A DNA stretch of 45,140 bases, counting the filler, from Jimgerdemannia flammicorona (lineage: Eukaryota): NCBI GenBank assembly GCA_003990765.1. It is 2 parts of 2 records of this genome, joined end to end, with 100 filler letters (N's around TTAATTAATTAA, not from the genome) between each part and the next. Parts side by side here need not be neighbours in the genome. Positions count along the whole stretch, not along the records: positions 22,624 to 45,140 come from RBNJ01001257.1; 1 more part is not named here. One strand, 5' to 3'. The notes beneath the pieces were generated by a model. It saw nothing but the letters and a program-made list of their open reading frames with translations. It was not told the origin of the DNA and ran no database searches. Each line of letters opens with the position of its first letter. Position 1 is the first letter of the stretch. This document shows, piece by piece, positions 39,553 through 45,140 of this stretch. The translations under genes were made by a program, and so were the position numbers.

Positions 39553-42500
39553 AGAGGCCATGCTTCTTGAGCTTCTTGAGGGCTAGCTGTATATGATTGA
39601 TATGTTCCCATACAGTATTGCTGAAGATGATCACATCATCAACATAGACAAAGAGCTATTTTCCAATCTCATTGCTGAAGACTCTGTTCATCATTTGCTG
39701 AAAACTTGCTAGGGTATTATACATTCCAAATGGCATTCACAGGTAGATATAGGTGGCATCAGGTGTGATGAAGGCTGATTTCTCACTGGTATCTTGAGTG
39801 AGATCAATCTGATGGAAGTCTAAGAACAGATCCAAGGTGGTGTAGTATTTGGCTTTGCTTCCAAGGGTGGTAAGAATTTCTTAAATATTTGGTAAGGGCT
39901 GTCTATCCTTCTTGGTAATGGCATTGAGTTTCCTATAGTCAATGCAGAGTCTTGGTGCAAATTCTCCAGGCTTGCTTCCTTTCTTCGAGACAAGGACAAT
40001 GGGTGAGGTCCAGGGGCTGATAGCTTGCTTGATAATTCTGGCTTCTTCCATTTTCTTGAGTTCTGCTCACAGCCACTCTCTGTAGGCAGGTGGTATCGGT
40101 CTGGCTTTCTGGTAGATGGGCTTGGTATCACCAGTATTAACTTCATAATAGTACTTGAGTTCTTGATTGTGAATATCCCTAAAGTCTGTAGCAAGTACTC
40201 CTTCATTCTGATGTAGGATCTTTAAAAGTTATTCCTCTAGGGGAAAGTTTTCTCCAATGGTATATATGTGCTTGTTCTGGTCCTTGTCTTTCTTGTGTTC
40301 AAGTTCGGTAATCTTAGTGGTAGTATAGGCTCCTCTTCCAGTAGATCTAAAGTCTTGTTCTCCTCTCTTGGTCTTGATGAGTTTGATGGCTTCAATGATC
40401 TTAGGTTTCTTGATTTCATGGATCAGCATCTGGCCAATCCTGTCATGCTTCTTGACTTTGAAGGGGGTGGTGTAGTTGTGATTTCTGACTATGAGGAAGA
40501 TCTCGCCAGTATAATCTGGGTCAATTACTCCTCCTTCAACTGAGATTTCGCTTTTGGCCAGACTGCTCCTGGTCTTGATAATTCCAGTATAGTTCTCTGA
40601 CAGCTTGACTCCAATTCCAGTACAAAGTAGGGTGGTGGTCTGTGGTTTGAGGGTAGCATCTTGAATGCTGGCAAGGTCTATTTCTATAGCTTCTTCAGTC
40701 TTGTATTCTGGGATCTTGGCTTTGGGGTGAAACTTCTTGACCTTGAGGGTGATGTCTGATTCTTATTCCTCCTCATTATCGCTGTCAGCTTGGAGCTCTG
40801 GGGGCTGGTCATCTTCTTCAGCTTTCCTTTTTGCTTCAGCAGCTTCTTGCTCATATTTCTGTTGGCAGATTTTCCTGACCTCACTGATACAGGACCAGCA
40901 GTCATTCAGGTATTCTGAGTAGTATATCCTAGTACCATGAGAGCATCTTCCTTGAGGGGCATAGCCATTGATGATCTTATTATACCACTGCTCATCTGTG
41001 AGCTTGGGTGCCTTGTTCTTGTTCTTGTTCTTATTCACTGAGTGCATGAAGACCTCTGTGTCCTCTTCATCTCCTTCCTCCATGTCTGGTAGAACTCCTT
41101 TGTAGATATTGATAAAGACTCATACCTTTTTTCCTCTATAGTTGATCTGCATCTTCTGGGCATTGAGATCAATAATGGCCTTGGCCTTGTGAAGCCATTG
41201 GTTGCCAATGAGGATGTCATAGTTGGTGGTACTTATAACAATCACATTAACTAGGATAGTAGCTCCTCCTATCTTGATGGAGACTTCTCAGATTTTGCCA
41301 TGGAGAGTAGCTTGTATACCATCTGCTGTGATATAGACCATCTTGGTGGACTCTTCAATGTTCCAACCTAGGTAGTCAATTGCCTTCTTGCTCATGAGGC
41401 ATCCTCCAGCACCAGTATCAATGATGGCATCAAAGATACAGTCTTCGATCTGACAGGGTGTATAGGCTGATGTCTTGCACTGGTCTTTGGATTCTTCACC
41501 TGAGTTCTCAGATTCTTCCTATACATTGTGAGCTTCTACAATCTTGTACTCTTGATTCTTGATGATAGTTATAAGTCCTACTCTTAACTGCTGTCTGAAG
41601 GCAGGAACTTCAGCTAGTTGTCCAAAAGTAGCATTGACCTTCTGTTTCTTAAGGTTCTTATAGATATCATACTGGTGGATCTTAGTCTTGTACAGCTTCT
41701 ATTCCTTCTTGCTTTCACTTTCTCCTGAGACTGGAGTAGTGCCTTCAATGATTTGGCAGATAGCTTCATCTAACTCCATATCTTGATCAATCTCCTCTGG
41801 TTGAGTCTTGCTTTGAATAGTGATAGCTGGGGTCTTCTTTGGTCTTCCAACTGGCTTGCTGTTGCTCTTCTTATCATAGGGCTTGGACTGGGTTCTGGTA
41901 CCTTCAGTAGCAGAGTAGAATTCAAGCTCCTCATAGTATTCTTCATCATCAGTATCACCAATCTCCTTGATGACTACTGTATTGGTTTGTTCTCTGGTTC
42001 TGCTAGTATTGCTTGGTTGGGCTTTGTATCTTGTTTCAGTCATGCAACTCTTTGTATAGTGGCCTTCTTCTCCACATCTGAAGTATGTGATATTGCATTC
42101 TTCTGTAGCGGCTGCAAATCTCTACACTGGTCTCCTGTTGGCACTTCAGACTTCTCTAACAACATCACCAAGGTGTACAGTCATCTCAGTGAACTGCTTG
42201 GTGAGTTCTTCCACTGGGTCAGCTTTGGCTATCTTGGGGGTAGGTGGGGTTGGTTGTCTGTTTACAACTGTGGTGGATATGATACTAGTTGGCTTTGATG
42301 GCTCCATCTTGATGCCAGTTATTTTTTCCATTGAGTATTTGGCAGGGTGTCTGGCAGTCCAATATCTCTGTACAAAGATCACTTTCTAATCAAGGGTCAG
42401 TGCAGCTAGGGTAGACTGGATTGCTAGGGCAATTTTAGGGTGAACTCTTTTGAGGAAAGTTGAATCTACTATTTGTTCCTTGAGGCAGTCATCATAGCCA

Positions 42501-42911
42501 GCCAAGACAATCTGGTGACAGATTCAGATATAGAATGAGTTGGGATCTTCACTAAGTCCATGGCAGATAGTATTGAGTTGATCTTTGAGAGCTTGCTTGA
42601 TCTCTTTGGTATAATATGTTGTTCTGAGAAAGACCTTCATGTTGGCAAGTTTGGCTACACCAGCATCAGCAATAGTGGCTGCATTGAACTTGTCTCTGGC
42701 AGATTCTCTGAGGCTGACTGGTAGAAGGGCCAATTGAGTATCTACACCAAGGGCTCATATGGCAGCAAATTGTTCAAAGTCTTCAATGAAGATCAGAATT
42801 GACTCTTTAGTAATATATCTATAGAATGTGAGGGGGCACATTTCTATCTTGTCTTGAATTCTTGCAGGGGTGACTCTTGTAGTCAGGGTAGTTGTTGTGG
42901 AGGTTGTTCAT
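39553..42911 (-). pseudogene. Family A gag and 5' pol (gag, CCHC knuckle, protease, dUTPase, RT to YVDD)
   Basis: ATG at 42911, YFRCGEEGHYTKSC (~42043-42087), AIIDTGAGG (~41403-41428) and LFVYVDDVIIFS (~39622-39657). Stops and frameshifts are present. Confidence 0.9.
40337..40760 (-). pseudogene. dUTPase domain between protease and RT
   Basis: IDL...TGIGVKL...KTRSSLAK...GGVIDPDYTGEI...DRIGQML...RGEQDFRSTG corresponds to trimeric dUTPase motifs I-V (motifs I and V decayed). Confidence 0.92.
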
Positions 42912-42947
42912 TTTTCAGCTTGAAAGTGAGGGATTTGTCTTAAATCA

Positions 42948-42964
42948 CCAGCCAATGGGCACCA
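42948..42964 (-). other. Primer-binding site
   Basis: Minus-strand TGGTGCCCATTGGCTGG starting 3 nt after the 5' LTR. The priming tRNA was not assigned. Confidence 0.75.
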
Positions 42965-42967
42965 AGT

Positions 42968-44521
42968 TGTCACATAGTAGTTACTGAGTCCTTCAAATAT
43001 ATCAGATTTTCTTCAAGGTATATCTCTTAGACTAACTCAAGTTTATTATAAGCAAGTTCTTATTAGAGTGCCTTTCCAAGGTCTTATAGTCCTCAAACTT
43101 CTTATCTTTAAACTATCTTATTATCTCTTAGATTGCTTGCAAGGAATTGTGTATATTATACTGAGAGAAACTGACTTTATTTTAAAGAAAATAAGAGGAG
43201 TATTTATACAAAATATAATTCAATAGTTGCTAAGATATATATAAAGCTAAATATAAATTCCAATAACTAAAACTACTAAGTTTCAGAGTTGACACTAATG
43301 GTTGTATAGGTTCAGAATGCTGGTATAATTTAGTGTCACATCAGAATACCAGAGCTGGAACAATTTTACATCACCTCAGAATGCCAGTACTGATATTATC
43401 CAGTATTATATCAAAATACTGGTGCTGGCATTATTCAGTGTAACAAAGAACTTAGAGCAGAAAGTTCAGGATCATGGGAGCTTTATTATCATCATCATCA
43501 CTGAAGAAGATGAGATCTGCGAATTCATCATTTTGCAGGTCATACGTCTTGTATATATTGCATATTTTGCATGCTTCGATATCACATGGGATAATATCAT
43601 TGCTGATGACATCATCACATTTAGCGGCAGAAAAATTGGGGGCTCTCCAATCTATGAGGTTCTCTTCCACAAAATAAGGGACAAATGTGGAGTCTTGGAG
43701 AGATCTAACCTAGATACTTGGGCCTTAGAATACTGAGATCAATTCTTGCAGGAATTGGTCTGGGTTATCTTGGAGGATAGGGTGCCAGAAGTCTTCTACT
43801 TCATCACTATTGAGAGTGATAGTAGACTGGGCTTCTGTAGCCACCATGGCTTCTAGTATATTGATGCAGTGGGATGACAGGTCTCTGAAATCTGAGACTC
43901 TAATATACTCTAAGTTGGGGATCAATCATGGTGCATGCCTGAAGATCTGATAGATCTTCTTAGCTATCCTTGCCTCATATATATCCATAGGAGTGGCATC
44001 TTATAGCTCTTGAGGGCTGGCCTGTGGGAACTCTTGGCAGAGGAGATTTCCTATTTCATACTCCTGCCATATTTGGAGACATTCAGTAGCAATGGTGATC
44101 CTTGTTTCTATTTCACAGCAGTAGAGGATATAATGATAGGGATCTGCAGTACCCAGGTCAATACTAGGAGTCCTTCTTGAGCAGGTCTCCATGGCTCTTC
44201 TGATATCTTGGAACATTCTTTCCTCAACTGAGATGCCTTGGTGATTCCTTGACCTTGAGGTTTGGCAGACAGCAGACATTTCATTTATAGTAAGTCTTTA
44301 AGCTATTTTGGGATTAGTGGGTCTTGTTGGTTGCTGCTACTGTAGTTCCTTGATCCTTCTTTTATATTTTTCAGAATGCTTATACTATAGTCATAATGAC
44401 TCACAGTTGGTCATCATTGCTCATCTTATATACTGTATGATCTTCTTGTGCTCTGATCTGGTTGCTTGCAAGGAAAGACTATCTCCTGTGCTGATGTCAT
44501 CATTCTGGGGTCACCATTACA
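42968..44521 (-). repeat. 5' LTR of family A (1554 bp)
   Basis: TGTCACA...ATTACA, adjacent to the PBS. Minus-strand TATAAATA at ~43201-43208 and AATAAA at 43176-43181. Confidence 0.95.
43452..44279 (-). pseudogene. ORFX copy in the 5' LTR (276 codons, internal stops)
   Basis: ORF-track pieces 44001..44279, 43725..43925 and 43452..43670 all lie in one frame. Confidence 0.78.
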
Positions 44522-45140
44522 CTAAGTAACTTTAGTATTTCTAACTAAACTTCAGAAGCCTAGCTAACTTCTGCCAGAACTGAGACCAGTATATAAATTC
44601 CCAAAGACTTAAGTAAACTCATTGAATCTGAATTCCAAGGTTCAGTCTATATATAGTAAAGAATAAGACTCTTAAAAGATAGGACAAATGAGAAAGACCT
44701 TTGAAAAATAAAGCACTACCACTACAATTACTTTCAAGTGAGTACTTCCTCAAACTAAAGGCTTCTTGGTACACATTGTACATATATTAAGTCTCTAAGT
44801 AATACCTTATTTTTCTAAGTATCCAAAGGATCAGAGAGAGATAGAAATAAAAGTTATTATATTCTGTAATATTAAATAGTTTAGAAGAATTAATAAGAAT
44901 TATATATTATAGCTTTATACAGACTTAAGTTACTTTATATTTGCTAGTTTGTCTCTGATTAGATTGATAATATTAATAGACTCAAACTACTTATTAAGGA
45001 CCTCATTAAATATTATCTAATCTTCAATTCTTATTTCTTAGTAGACAATAGTAGTTATATATGACATAATTGTGATTAACAATATTGATCACTCCTTTAT
45101 CTTTAAATTTGAGTTAAACTATTAAAAAGATATATATCTT

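Noticed and set aside
42948..42964. Assigning the PBS to a specific tRNA (Gly, His or Phe all begin TGGTGC)
   Set aside because: The site is mutated and host tRNA sequences are not available.
44560..45140. AT-rich, CpG-free terminal segment
   Set aside because: It is probably decayed TE sequence, but I could not identify any motif or boundary.

Overview
Eukaryotic, almost certainly fungal, DNA (GT-AG introns with CTAAC-type branch sites, a chitin synthase, Spg1/Tem1, a Zn2Cys6 factor). An early-diverging, Mucoromycota-like host is my unverified impression. A CpG-rich gene island (~6.2-22.5 kb) holds five intact genes: a type-I membrane protein with a QQGQYP repeat tail, an intronless chitin synthase, an F-box/LRR protein, a C2H2+Zn2Cys6 factor and the Spg1/Tem1 GTPase. 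It also holds an RbsD/FucU-like fragment. The island is flanked by CpG-depleted, stop-riddled nested retroelements. An artificial 100-nt N/TTAATTAATTAA linker at 22524-22623 means the two sides need not be adjacent in the genome. The right half is a full-length 16.8-kb Ty3/Gypsy element (27734-44521, minus strand, 1.55-kb LTRs, CTAA TSD). It carries a dUTPase between protease and RT, is interrupted by two L1/Tx1-like LINEs, and appears to sit inside the 3' LTR of a chromodomain-type Gypsy remnant. The main finding is an unrecognised ~270-aa ORF inside the U3 of the long LTRs (three copies, only in-frame indels). A clear diverged homologue lies outside the LTR, between integrase and PPT, in the chromoviral remnant. 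This suggests an accessory gene shared between Gypsy lineages and moved across the LTR boundary. All translations, alignments and counts were done by eye.
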